DNA of 64,000 bases from Turneriella sp. (GCA_965279515.1 CBDIID010000003.1:224001-288000); one strand, 5' to 3'. Counted from the stretch's first letter, positions 36,946-47,059 are shown. Numbers and translations: made by a program. The notes: a model not told the origin generated them from the letters alone.

Positions 36946-38001
36946 ATGCGAGCATATGATTTTGGCACTCACAACAAAACCGTAAAGCGCGATAAAAGCC
37001 GTTACTTCAGCTATACCTTTATCTTTCTGCTGGTCGTCGCTTTCGCGGCGTTTATTTATTATGTGGTTCTGAATTCGCCGCGTATCCTGTTTTATTTCCG
37101 CGAAAATAAGTATTCCGAGATTGAGAAGCAGCATGCCAGGGCGCTGAATGCCATACAGAACCTGCCATCCTCACAGGATGCAAACCCGCTAAACGGGCAG
37201 GCCAGTGCGCTACAGTTACCCGAGGTTTCAGAGTTTTTCGATCTCGCGCATGCCCTACAAAAAGACCACCGCGAAGATGCGATATTGCATTTCCATGAGG
37301 CCACAGTTCTGGCCGAAGCCGTGCGTAAACAGGCCGGCGAGCGGCAGCAGGCACTGATCTTTCTCATGTTCAGGGATTTTATCGGCCGGCCGGTTTTTCC
37401 GGTTGAGTTCGATCATGAGCTCTGGCAGCGGGCTATCCTGACCGGGCGGCGCGCGCGCGCCTTGGGATTACCCGATGTGCTGGCGCAAAAACTTTCTGAG
37501 GCAGAGATCGATGCCTACCTGATCGGTGGCCGGCCGTGGTGGGAGAGCGCCTATGATATGGTGCCTACGGGTTCAGCTGCGAAAAAGCTGCCGGCCTGGC
37601 ACCTGATGCAGGCAGGGCTCACGCGTGAGACGCCCGATTTTGAACTCATTAAAACAGCCTATGGCCCGACACTCGCCGGTTTTGCAAAGGGGATCTATTA
37701 TACGCGCTCGGGTAATTCTCCACTGGGGATTTCCAACTTCCGTGACCTGGCAAAGAACCAGGCGGATGCCTATGCGCGCGACCATGCGCTCTATATCCTG
37801 GGCTATCTCAGCGGCAAAGACAAGCGCACTAAAGACCAGCTTTCGTACTATAAACAAATCCGCTTTCCGGAATTCGCGCCGCAGAATCCGTATTTTGTCG
37901 GCGAATACCATTACCTGCTGCGCTTTTTAGGCCAGAAGTCAGAAGCCGACCAGCTGATGCGCGCCTGGGAAGAAATGAAAGGCGAAAAGCCGGATAAATA
38001 A
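36946..38001 (+). CDS. Hypothetical membrane-anchored helical/TPR-like protein
   Basis: Single TM near the N-terminus; helical repeats (ARDHALYILGYL). Confidence 0.7.
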   Translation: MRAYDFGTHNKTVKRDKSRYFSYTFIFLLVVAFAAFIYYVVLNSPRILFYFRENKYSEIEKQHARALNAIQNLPSSQDANPLNGQASALQLPEVSEFFDLAHALQKDHREDAILHFHEATVLAEAVRKQAGERQQALIFLMFRDFIGRPVFPVEFDHELWQRAILTGRRARALGLPDVLAQKLSEAEIDAYLIGGRPWWESAYDMVPTGSAAKKLPAWHLMQAGLTRETPDFELIKTAYGPTLAGFAKGIYYTRSGNSPLGISNFRDLAKNQADAYARDHALYILGYLSGKDKRTKDQLSYYKQIRFPEFAPQNPYFVGEYHYLLRFLGQKSEADQLMRAWEEMKGEKPDK

Positions 38002-38002
38002 A

Positions 38003-38157
38003 GGCAGCGCGGCAGGTCGCAAAACAGAAATTTCTGCCTAAAGTTGCGCATTTTCCTGCGAAAAATGCTCCATGAACAGGCCTACCGGCCACCTTTCGCC
38101 AGAAATTTCTGTTTTGCCCACGAGAGACTCCACCCATCAGCGACCTGCCGCGCCGCC
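38003..38157. repeat. Nested inverted-repeat element (structured RNA or MITE-like)
   Basis: 38003-38020 pairs with 38140-38157 (17/18); 38019-38036 pairs perfectly with 38100-38117. Confidence 0.8.
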
Positions 38158-38203
38158 CTGTTAGAATGAGTTGACCCGTGCCGGGCCTCATTTCAACTAA
38201 CAC

Positions 38204-38938
38204 ATGGATATTCTCGCGAATCCTTACCTCAATGTGATTTTTAACGCGCTCATCAGTGGCGGCGCTTTTTTAAGTTTTGTGCTGGCGATCAGCACATTGG
38301 CCTTAAAATATCCGCGCCGCTCGGCATCGTACCTGACGCTGCTATGTTTTGTGATCGGAGTTACCCAGCTCTATGCCTGGCTTAACCTCAATACGATCTT
38401 CTTTTCGCCGCAGTGGGTGAATTATGTGTTTGTCGGCATTAATTTTTTCATCGGGCCGGGTGTGTATTATTTCTACAAGGCGACTGGGGATGAAAATTTT
38501 AATCCGACGCGTAAGGTGCAGTGGACTTTTGCGCCCGGTATCGCGGCAACGCTGCTGATTCCGCTGATTAACCTCATCGCGCCGCAGGCCATGCCGACGG
38601 ATCCCCGCCAGTTCTTTTATACCGGCAAACCCAGCTTCATCGATATCATCTTTACAATAGCTATGCTGCACAATGCGGGCTATTATGTGAAACTGTTCCT
38701 GGTCACGCGGCCTGTCATCAAGGCCAACCCTGAAATGCAGAAGAACGGCGGATTGACCGCGTTTCTGTTATTCTTCGGCATTATCACGTTCATTAACCTC
38801 TACGGTATTTTTGCCTATGTTTCGCGGGATATCCGCCATTTCTATGCCGATTCCTGCATCATCAGCCTTCTGATTGTCTCATTCCTGATTTTTGCATTGC
38901 GCTACCCGAATTATTTTCTGAAGATCAGGCCCGAATAG
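38204..38938 (+). CDS. 7TM membrane protein resembling the sensor domain of membrane-bound AraC regulators, without the HTH
   Basis: About 7 hydrophobic segments, FFIGPGVYYFY motif, ends LRYPNYFLKIRPE. Confidence 0.6.
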   Translation: MDILANPYLNVIFNALISGGAFLSFVLAISTLALKYPRRSASYLTLLCFVIGVTQLYAWLNLNTIFFSPQWVNYVFVGINFFIGPGVYYFYKATGDENFNPTRKVQWTFAPGIAATLLIPLINLIAPQAMPTDPRQFFYTGKPSFIDIIFTIAMLHNAGYYVKLFLVTRPVIKANPEMQKNGGLTAFLLFFGIITFINLYGIFAYVSRDIRHFYADSCIISLLIVSFLIFALRYPNYFLKIRPE

Positions 38939-39595
38939 GTGCGGCCGGCGCTTGTCATCTTCGACTGCGACGGCGTGCTCGTCGATACCGAAGAGATCTA
39001 TTTTAACATGAACCGCGCCTTTATTCGAGAGCGCGGTGGCGATTTCGACCTGAAGTATTATGAACGTTTTATCGGCTTATCTTCGGATCTCATGTGGAGT
39101 GAGCTAAAAGAAAAATTCACTCTTCCTGAATCCGTGGAAGGCCTCATTGCCCTGGAAAAAGAGCACAAATCCCGCGCCCTGGCAGACGCTGCGCTGACTC
39201 CGATTGCCGGTGTACTCGCATTTATCGACGCTTTAGACCTTGCCGGAATTTCCTTCAACGTCGCTTCATCGGGCCGCCGTGACAATGTACATACGATCCT
39301 GGAAAAGATCGGGCTCAAGTCACGGTTTAATGCAATCGTCACGGGAGAAGATATTGTCAGGGGAAAACCCGCGCCTGATATCTTTCTGAAAGCGGCGGCG
39401 CTCTCTGGTGTGGATGCCGAAGAGGCGATCGTGATCGAAGACAGCAAAAACGGCACGTTAGGCGCGAAAGCCGCGGGCATGCGCTGCGTCGGTTATATCA
39501 ATCCGCAGTCAGGCGAGCAGGATCTCTCGCGTGCGGATATCCGCATTTCATCGTTCAAAGACACCGCCCTGCGCGAGTTTTGCGGGCTCAAATGA
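38939..39595 (+). CDS. HAD-superfamily IA phosphatase (beta-PGM-like)
   Basis: IFDCDGVLVDTE, VASS, GKPAPDIF, IEDSKNG. Confidence 0.93.
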   Translation: MRPALVIFDCDGVLVDTEEIYFNMNRAFIRERGGDFDLKYYERFIGLSSDLMWSELKEKFTLPESVEGLIALEKEHKSRALADAALTPIAGVLAFIDALDLAGISFNVASSGRRDNVHTILEKIGLKSRFNAIVTGEDIVRGKPAPDIFLKAAALSGVDAEEAIVIEDSKNGTLGAKAAGMRCVGYINPQSGEQDLSRADIRISSFKDTALREFCGLK

Positions 39596-40803
39596 CGGAG
39601 AAGCGCAGCCTCTTCGAAAGATACCGGAGCATCGGCGTTCGCGCTGATATGCCGGAGTATGAGAAGCGTTCGTATTACATATTTAATACACTGCTATTGG
39701 TCGTGCTGGCGATAACGCTGATCTACGCGTTTGTGCCGTATTTTCTGCTGCATATACAACATGTTTTGCAGAATCATATCATCAACTCAGCGCTTTTTGT
39801 CGGATACCTGTTTTGTATATTTCTTGCTAAATGGGACAAACCCCTTGCAGCCCGCCTGTTTTTTACGACACTTGTGCAGGGGCACATTTTCATTTTTACT
39901 CTGCTCATCGGCTGGGATATTGGGAACTACCTCTTCTATCTCGCTCTGCCTGCGATCCCCTTTGTGCTTTTCCATAACAGCCGGTTTGGGGTTGCCTATG
40001 CCTTCATCACGGGCCTTATCGGTTTTTCTGCGAGCTATTATATCAAAAAGACCGGTTTTCACCTGATTCGTGTTGCTCCCGAACTCTATGACGGTCTTTT
40101 TTTGATCGCATTTGTTTCGACTTTTACAGTTATTTTTATGGTGGTGAAGCTATTCTTCAAACTCTCGCGGCATTCTGAAGAACGCCTGAACCTGGAGAAA
40201 CGCCGCTCGGAGCGCCTGCTGCTCAATATCTTGCCTCAGGATATCGCCGCCCGACTGCAAAAGGGCGAAAGTACAATCGCCGATCACTACGATCCGGTGA
40301 TTGTATTGTTCGCCGACATTGTCGGTTTCACAGAAATTTCAGCGCGCACCCCGCCCGGTGAAGTCGTTCGCAAGCTCAACGAGGTTTTTTCACTGATTGA
40401 TATTCTCGTTGAAAAATATGATCTCGAAAAGATCAAAACCATCGGCGATGCCTACATGGTTGTTGCGGGAATCCCCAAGGCGCGGCCCGACGATGTGGAC
40501 CGTATCGTGCATTTCGCCAAACAGATTCTCGAAATGGTGCACACTTCGAATGCGCTGCAGCTGAGAATCGGCATTGATATCGGCGAGGTCACCGCGGGCG
40601 TCATCGGCACCAAAAAATTTATTTTCGATCTTTGGGGCGATACCGTCAACACAGCCAGCCGCATGGAAAGCCACGGTGAACCGGGCAAAATTCATGTCAC
40701 GGAACGCGTCGCTGCAAAACTCGGCCCGGATTTCAAAAAGATCGAACGCGGCAAAATGCTCGTCAAAGGTAAGGGCGAGATGAGTACATATTTCGTCGAA
40801 TAA
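39592..40803 (+). CDS. Multi-TM class III adenylate/guanylate cyclase
   Basis: LLLNILP, FADIVGFT, EKIKTIGDAYM, DLWGDTVNTASRMES, VKGKGEM. Confidence 0.93.
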   Translation: MTEKRSLFERYRSIGVRADMPEYEKRSYYIFNTLLLVVLAITLIYAFVPYFLLHIQHVLQNHIINSALFVGYLFCIFLAKWDKPLAARLFFTTLVQGHIFIFTLLIGWDIGNYLFYLALPAIPFVLFHNSRFGVAYAFITGLIGFSASYYIKKTGFHLIRVAPELYDGLFLIAFVSTFTVIFMVVKLFFKLSRHSEERLNLEKRRSERLLLNILPQDIAARLQKGESTIADHYDPVIVLFADIVGFTEISARTPPGEVVRKLNEVFSLIDILVEKYDLEKIKTIGDAYMVVAGIPKARPDDVDRIVHFAKQILEMVHTSNALQLRIGIDIGEVTAGVIGTKKFIFDLWGDTVNTASRMESHGEPGKIHVTERVAAKLGPDFKKIERGKMLVKGKGEMSTYFVE

Positions 40804-40864
40804 AGTCCCTTTGGAATTTCATCGAACAGTCAGTTTTTTCCCGCGGATACAGTGCGGGCCGCAT

Positions 40865-43270
40865 TCAAAAATTCATCCCTAGACCCAGCCGCATCGTGCG
40901 CTGGATGCCCTGCTCAACAGGGTCGCGGTATGCCGTACCGACCATGACGTACTCCGCCAACTCGGTGCGGGAATTTAGCAGGTTATAGATGTCCAGAAAT
41001 GCCCAGGCAGTATTGCCGAACAGAACCGCGTCATAACGCAGCCTTAAATCCCATGCGAGAGAGTAGGTGTGGCGCCCGACGCCACTGAGGCCGCCGCCGC
41101 GCTCTTCGGTCGGCACGAGGATTGGCCCCTGCGCGAGGCCGGTCACAACCTGATAGCCCGCCATTGCCTGGCCGTCGCGGTAGCGCAAAACATTACTTAC
41201 TGTAAAGACTTTGGCAAAACGGCGGCCAAAGATAATTTTACCCAGATAACCGCGGTCGTTGTCGAGCCGGCCAAAACGGGTTTCACGGAAGTTGGGGTCG
41301 GCCGTACCTTCGTTGTAGGCCCCGGTGTCGTTATAGAAAGCATTGAGACCCTGCGGCGAATAACCCGCGCCGTAATAGCCGCCGATCGAACCCCTGAAAA
41401 TCCAGTCACCCGAAGAAGGTGCTTTCGCAATGGTGATTTCGATATGGGCGTAGTAGGCGTCCTTGTCGGAGTTCCTGAGTTCATAGAGCTCACTGCCCGT
41501 ACCGGTCTTATTATAGACTGCGACCGAACCTCCTGCAGTGCTTGAGGTAAAGGCCGGCGAGGAGCCGTCGGCATAACGCACTTCGAAGAGCTTGCGGTAG
41601 ATGCGGCCGTTAAAATTCAACTGCAGCAGCCAATGCTGCCATCCCGTATAACCGAAATTCAGATTGAGTTCTTCTTTTTGCGGCGCCTGCAGATTGCCGC
41701 CGATGCGGTGGTATTTGCCGCCCGTCTGTGTGCCCTGCGAAAGCTCGCCGGTGTCGACGACACCGTTGCCGTTCGCATCTGCCCAATTATAACGTTTGCC
41801 GCTCAGCGAATCGGAGTTCAGGTAAGAGACCTCCTGGAGCGTAAAACCCAGGGTGTCGTGGAGTACGCCGCCGCCTAGGAAAAAATTCGAGCCGCCGAGG
41901 TAGGTTTGCCCCCTGAGGTTGCCGGCAGGATGCACAAAACCGAGCTTGGTGCCGGCATCGGTAAAACCCCAGTCGATATGGCCGTTCACACCTGCCGAAA
42001 ATTCCGAGCGGGCCGATTTTTTGACGGCGCGCAAAAAGGGCTGCCAGCGCATCAGGTAATTTGCCTCAGAAGAGGCTCCGTCATAAAGCGTGGCAGCCAG
42101 TGCTGAATTGTTCAGGGTTTCTGTCAGCTGATCGGCTGGTGGCCTCTGCCTGCGGTGCTCAAATTCAACGCGCGAATTGATGCCATATTCGATCGGGATG
42201 AGATCCCAGGGGATCTTCTTAAACCCCGAACCATCGATGAACATCGTATGCACGTTATCAGGCAGGAAGGCTGGCGCCTGGTATGGCGTGTCCGTGACCG
42301 AGCGCGTGAGGGCATTGGAGTTGAGGTCGGTTTGCCGGTAGGCATAACCCCAGGCTAGCGCACCTTCCGCTTTCGGTGAAGAAAAGTTATACTGCGCGAG
42401 CAAAGAGTATTGCCCGCTTTTCAAGGTCTGCGATTCTTTAAAGAAATATTCAGCGCCCAGGTTCGTGCGCGAGCGCGCCTGCAAGGCAAAATGCAGGGAA
42501 TCATTGGGTAGCCAGCTGGGATTTAGACCAGCGAGGACTGTACCTTCACCCGCAGTTTCCGGCGTACCGAGGTTATTGAAGTTACGGCGCGCGAGGTAGC
42601 CGTCAGCGAACAGAAAGCCTGTCCGCTGGTCTTTGCCGCCCAAACTGATGAGCGCATTGCCTTCAAAGGAGCCGGCCGCAAAGCCACGCGCGGTCGTGGG
42701 CGCTCCCCAGTCGCTGGCCGGTTCACGGTCAGCCGCAGCGCGGGGAATGAAGGATGGTCCACCCAGGGGAATCGGCATAGAGAACTGCACCGAGTTTGTT
42801 GCCTCGGAAACCTTTAACGGGTTCAAATGGATGCCGTTTTTCTCTGTGTTCGCGGAAAGGTACTTTTCGGCCATCAAGCTATCTAGTATACCGATCGGTA
42901 GGTATAAGAGCGGTTCCCCTGGCTTGCCCGGGTTAGAAATGTTCGCGCCGCCGAAATACCAACGCTGCCATTTATAGGATTCACCCAGCATGGAGATCTG
43001 CACGTTTTCGGCGCGGGCAAACCCCCCGGTATCGGTATTTGCCAGCACCGCGGGCTGGAACATGAATTCCAAAAGCGAAGCCGCATGGTTGCCGTTGGGT
43101 AAATCCTTCACCTCTGCTTTAGTTAATGACCAGCTTTTTGGCAGTGCAGACCCTTCTGTAGGTGTTACAGGGGCCGATTTGTCAGGGACACCTGCCTGCG
43201 CCCGCATTGCAGTTGAGGCTGCAAACAGGCATACCAGAATTTTTGCCGAGGTAAATCCGCCTTTAGCCAT
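40865..43270 (-). CDS. TonB-dependent-receptor-like outer-membrane beta-barrel
   Basis: Signal peptide; plug-like region; LDIYNLLN and RLGLGMNF C-terminus; DANGNG Ca-loop-like motif. Confidence 0.75.
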   Translation of the reverse strand: MAKGGFTSAKILVCLFAASTAMRAQAGVPDKSAPVTPTEGSALPKSWSLTKAEVKDLPNGNHAASLLEFMFQPAVLANTDTGGFARAENVQISMLGESYKWQRWYFGGANISNPGKPGEPLLYLPIGILDSLMAEKYLSANTEKNGIHLNPLKVSEATNSVQFSMPIPLGGPSFIPRAAADREPASDWGAPTTARGFAAGSFEGNALISLGGKDQRTGFLFADGYLARRNFNNLGTPETAGEGTVLAGLNPSWLPNDSLHFALQARSRTNLGAEYFFKESQTLKSGQYSLLAQYNFSSPKAEGALAWGYAYRQTDLNSNALTRSVTDTPYQAPAFLPDNVHTMFIDGSGFKKIPWDLIPIEYGINSRVEFEHRRQRPPADQLTETLNNSALAATLYDGASSEANYLMRWQPFLRAVKKSARSEFSAGVNGHIDWGFTDAGTKLGFVHPAGNLRGQTYLGGSNFFLGGGVLHDTLGFTLQEVSYLNSDSLSGKRYNWADANGNGVVDTGELSQGTQTGGKYHRIGGNLQAPQKEELNLNFGYTGWQHWLLQLNFNGRIYRKLFEVRYADGSSPAFTSSTAGGSVAVYNKTGTGSELYELRNSDKDAYYAHIEITIAKAPSSGDWIFRGSIGGYYGAGYSPQGLNAFYNDTGAYNEGTADPNFRETRFGRLDNDRGYLGKIIFGRRFAKVFTVSNVLRYRDGQAMAGYQVVTGLAQGPILVPTEERGGGLSGVGRHTYSLAWDLRLRYDAVLFGNTAWAFLDIYNLLNSRTELAEYVMVGTAYRDPVEQGIQRTMRLGLGMNF

Positions 43271-44240
43271 GCCCAGCCCCCTGCGCGAGATTATTTTGAT
43301 GGAAAGTCTGCCAAATGGTATTATCGATCGAAATCATTTCAGAGCGGAAGTGTTCGAATTTCTCAAAATTCTGCATCTGCTGCGCGTGGATGATGAGCAT
43401 CGCCAGCAGCTGCAACAGGCGCGGTTCAAAAGCCTTTTTATGGATGCGGGCCCCCGCGTATTCCTGCCGCAGGCGCTGGTATTCGCCCTCGAGTTGGCGG
43501 GCCTCATCGACCTTGAGCTTGCGGCGGTGGCGGTAGACGCCATTGACTTCGAGCAGCAACGCATAGATACGCTCGCGGATGCCGCCGCCGTCGCCATAAC
43601 CTTCTTCATGCACTAGTTTCATCATTTCCTGAAAAATGCCGCCCGGCATAAATTCGGGATACTCAGAGACCACTTCGGGCCTCAGGTACAGTGCCTCGCG
43701 GTAGTGCTCGAAAAAGCCCTGCTCGTTACCCGTCATATTCGCCGCATGCGCCGCCATGTAATGTGCACCCGCATGCGAGGGATGGTTGGTTAGGATAAAA
43801 TTCAGGACTTCGCGGGCTGAGGTGAAATTGGCGATGATGAGGAGGGAATAAGCGAGCTGCATGAGGTCCTTGAGTTGCAGCTGGTAGCTTTTCTGCCCCG
43901 CGAGATCGCGGGCAAAGTTGTCAGCGATCTGCGCATGGCAGAGCATCACGGCCGCGCGCCGTATCGGTGAGACATAACTTGCATTAATTAAATCGGCGAG
44001 CGCCGCTTCAAAGGCCCGGCCGCGGTCCATACCCGGTGCGAGGTTTGCGAGCCGCTCGCTGCGGTGCAGAAAATAACGGGCGATTTCATGCGCTTCTTCG
44101 GCTTCGGCTTTCTCGGGCGTGGTGTCAAGGCTCGTACCTGCGGGTAGCTGCTGCAACCAGGCCTCGGCGAGCGATGCCGCGCGCGAAAAATTTCCGGTCA
44201 GGATTTCATCTGCAATCGCCTGTGCGTGTGATACGTCCAC
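43263..44240 (-). CDS. TPR-containing hypothetical protein
   Basis: LAYSLLIIANFTSAREVL...HAGAHYMAA...YREALYLRP helical repeats; overlaps the downstream start. Confidence 0.7.
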   Translation of the reverse strand: MDVSHAQAIADEILTGNFSRAASLAEAWLQQLPAGTSLDTTPEKAEAEEAHEIARYFLHRSERLANLAPGMDRGRAFEAALADLINASYVSPIRRAAVMLCHAQIADNFARDLAGQKSYQLQLKDLMQLAYSLLIIANFTSAREVLNFILTNHPSHAGAHYMAAHAANMTGNEQGFFEHYREALYLRPEVVSEYPEFMPGGIFQEMMKLVHEEGYGDGGGIRERIYALLLEVNGVYRHRRKLKVDEARQLEGEYQRLRQEYAGARIHKKAFEPRLLQLLAMLIIHAQQMQNFEKFEHFRSEMISIDNTIWQTFHQNNLAQGAGHG

Positions 44241-44288
44241 AGGCGGGCAGGGTACATATTAAAGAGGGGACGTAAAGGGATACCGCGG

Positions 44289-44843
44289 TTAAGCCACAGC
44301 GCTTAACGGGGGTGGCCAGGGGTTTATTTGGGTTTTTTCGGAATAATTCAGCATCTGGTCGTCGTTTCTGAATGTCACTGCCTCATAGCTAATAATGAAA
44401 TCGGAGCGATGCTTCCTGCTTTCATATTTTTTTCGCCAAACCTGCGTCTTGCCCTTGTCATCGTCAGCATAGGAAAACCTGAGCCAATACTCCACTACTC
44501 GCTGCAGGTAGCACGTGATTGCGAAATCCATAAGCCGCGATAATGACATGCCCGAATAATGGCAGCGTGCCTGAGCCACGGAACGGAGTGCCTCAGTCGT
44601 ATACAAAGGAACAATTACATAGATACCGCGGCGCCCGTTGTATTTTCTGTTGCGACCAGCCATATTTCCATGGCCACGCCAGAGTTTCAGAGCGATCCGC
44701 AAGCATTCCCTCATCAGGCGTTGTTCCGAAAAATTGATGCCACAATCGCTGAGGCTTTTAATACCCCTTGCAAGTTCTTGCCGTGTGGAACTACGCAGCG
44801 TTACGGAGGTGGACCGTGCGGCTGATATATCGATATGCCTCAT
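44289..44843 (-). CDS. Hypothetical basic protein with a ribbon-helix-helix-like segment (possibly Leptospiraceae DUF1564-like)
   Basis: RKYN...SGMSLSRLMDFAI pattern; family assignment is tentative. Confidence 0.5.
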   Translation of the reverse strand: MRHIDISAARSTSVTLRSSTRQELARGIKSLSDCGINFSEQRLMRECLRIALKLWRGHGNMAGRNRKYNGRRGIYVIVPLYTTEALRSVAQARCHYSGMSLSRLMDFAITCYLQRVVEYWLRFSYADDDKGKTQVWRKKYESRKHRSDFIISYEAVTFRNDDQMLNYSEKTQINPWPPPLSAVA

Positions 44844-44890
44844 ATAAAGGAAATACCGGAAAACTGCTCTATTTTCTCACAATTTCAGCA

Positions 44891-46147
44891 CTAAATGTAA
44901 ACCAACCGGCATTTGCGCATGAGCAGCGGGAGAAACTCGGATCTCCCGGCACCGCGTTCCCTTTCCCAGCCGACGAACCCCAGGAACTTGCGCGCGCGCG
45001 TCAGCGCCACATACAAAATCCGCACCTCTTCGTCCGAGTCGTTATCACGGTGCGGAAGAATATGCTCGGAAACTCCAAACACGATCACGTTATCGAATTC
45101 CAGGCCTTTGCTTTTGTGGATCGTCAGGATTTCAAAATTTTCGGGCAAATCTTTCTCCAGCAGGATGCGGATTGCATTCGTGCGTACCAGCACGGTAACT
45201 TTCGGGTGAATCGCCGAAAATCTTCTTTGCCAGAGTTTCAAAAACCGGGACCAGACAGTGCCAACCGCATCATTGTGAGTTCCGAAAAACAAGACGGGCT
45301 TATGGTATGCCGGGTGCGTTGCGCGCAGCTCTTTTTTAACAAAACTACCCGATTCCTGGATAACGCGGTTTCCCAGCTTCACAATGGGCTTGCCACTACG
45401 GTAATTACGGATCAGGTAGGTTCGGGCGGAATCCTTAAAATGCGAAAGGAAGTTTTGTGTAATGCTCACGTCAGCGCCGCGGAACCGGTAGATACTCTGC
45501 CAGTCATCGCCGACGACAAAAAGTTTCTTCGGCTTTAACGAACGAATGAAATCGACCTGGTCGGGTGAAGTATCCTGGAACTCGTCGACGAACACCACAT
45601 CGAATTTACCCTCGGCAAGTCTGCCTGCCGTGGCGCTTAAAATCATACCATCAAAATCAATTTGCTTTGTTTCGTCCAAATGTTCTGCGTATTTATTGTG
45701 CAGGAGATTTGCCTGAGAAGAATCCAGAAAGCCGCCCGAGAGTAGAATCTTCTCCGGGATATGCCCGAACTCCGGGAACAGTGCTCGCGCAATGCCACCG
45801 CGTTTGGCGGTTGCCTGCAGAAGCAATTTGGGCGGATTTCCCCGTTCACGAATGGCCTTCCACGCCAGGGCATGCATGGTTCCGCAATAGCCTGGTGTCA
45901 CATGGTGTTTCTCAAAGCGCTCCCGCAGCTCATGCGCCGCGCGGCGGGAAAAGGTGATGACGGCAATGCGGTTAGCGGCATAGCCGCTTTCAATTGCCGC
46001 GAAGACTGCAGCGACCAGCGTTGTCGTCTTACCACTGCCGGCTCCGGCGATGACCTGAAGTGCTGCAGTCTCGCTTTGCCAAAGGCGCGATGCGGCTGAT
46101 GCCTGTTCCTTATTGAGTGAGGAAAAAATTTCGTCGGGAGTAGCCAC
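44891..46147 (-). CDS. Compact UvrD/Rep superfamily 1 helicase
   Basis: AGAGSGKT, TFSRRAA, VDEFQDTS, VGDDWQSIYRFRGA, NYRS, TIHKSKGLEFD, YVALTRAR. Confidence 0.93.
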   Translation of the reverse strand: MATPDEIFSSLNKEQASAASRLWQSETAALQVIAGAGSGKTTTLVAAVFAAIESGYAANRIAVITFSRRAAHELRERFEKHHVTPGYCGTMHALAWKAIRERGNPPKLLLQATAKRGGIARALFPEFGHIPEKILLSGGFLDSSQANLLHNKYAEHLDETKQIDFDGMILSATAGRLAEGKFDVVFVDEFQDTSPDQVDFIRSLKPKKLFVVGDDWQSIYRFRGADVSITQNFLSHFKDSARTYLIRNYRSGKPIVKLGNRVIQESGSFVKKELRATHPAYHKPVLFFGTHNDAVGTVWSRFLKLWQRRFSAIHPKVTVLVRTNAIRILLEKDLPENFEILTIHKSKGLEFDNVIVFGVSEHILPHRDNDSDEEVRILYVALTRARKFLGFVGWERERGAGRSEFLPLLMRKCRLVYI

Positions 46148-46150
46148 GGG

Positions 46151-47059
46151 TCAACGCGGGATCTCCTCGAGATGGTGGATGACCCTTTCGGCGATATTGA
46201 CCCCGCTCGCGCCTTCGATGCCTTCGAGACCGGGGGAGGCATTGACCTCGAGCACCATCGGGCCGCGCTTGGATTCGATGAGGTCGACCCCCGCAAAGGT
46301 TAATCCCAAGATGCGCGCCGCGAGTTTTACCGTACGCGTCGCTTCAATGGAGAGTTCGACCTTTTCAGAAAGTGCGCCGCGGTGGATGTTTGAGCGGAAA
46401 TCATAACCCGTCGCCTGGCGGCGCATCGCGGCAATGAGATTGCCGTTGAGTATAATGGCGCGGTAGTCGGCGCCGCGTGCCTCGGCGATGAATTCCTGCA
46501 CGATCATCTGCACACCCTGATCGAGCAGGGCTTCGATAAAGCTGCGCGCGGCAGTTTTTGAATCGGCAATCATGACACCTGTGCCCTGCGAGCCCGTAGG
46601 TATTTTCAGAATGTAGGGAGGATCACCAATTTTTTCGAAGGCGGTATCGATATGGAGTGGGTCGTCGATGAGTACACTGCGCGGCACGGCGATTTTGTTT
46701 TGCGCGAGAATCTGCATGGTAACAAATTTGTCGCGGCAGCGCGTCATGGGATGGCTCGCATTCAGCGATTTGACATGCATCATTTCATAATGGCGGATGA
46801 TCGCCAGCGTATGTTCGGGTTTTTTCTGCCCTAAACGTGGTATGATGCAGTGCGGGGTCTCAATCTTTTGATCGGTATAATAGAGTTCGAGGGCATTGCG
46901 TTCAAGATAGGCCGACATCTGTATCGGCGGGTAGACGCGCATTTTATGACCGCGCTTGAATCCTTCTTCAAAGAAGCGCCGCGTCGAATAGAGCGTGCGG
47001 GCATTCGATAAAATATGAATCGTCAGCGGGTTCGCGTTGGGTCGCGATTCAAGCGTCAC
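46151..47059 (-). CDS. rimK: RimK family alpha-L-glutamate ligase (ATP-grasp)
   Basis: LYSTRR, IIPR, RDKF, GSQGTGV, QEFI, FRSNIHRG, LEVNASPGLEGIE. Confidence 0.9.
   Translation of the reverse strand: MTLESRPNANPLTIHILSNARTLYSTRRFFEEGFKRGHKMRVYPPIQMSAYLERNALELYYTDQKIETPHCIIPRLGQKKPEHTLAIIRHYEMMHVKSLNASHPMTRCRDKFVTMQILAQNKIAVPRSVLIDDPLHIDTAFEKIGDPPYILKIPTGSQGTGVMIADSKTAARSFIEALLDQGVQMIVQEFIAEARGADYRAIILNGNLIAAMRRQATGYDFRSNIHRGALSEKVELSIEATRTVKLAARILGLTFAGVDLIESKRGPMVLEVNASPGLEGIEGASGVNIAERVIHHLEEIPR

Noticed and set aside
44768..45538. 256-aa plus-strand ORF
   Set aside because: Antisense to the helicase, which has all SF1 motifs.
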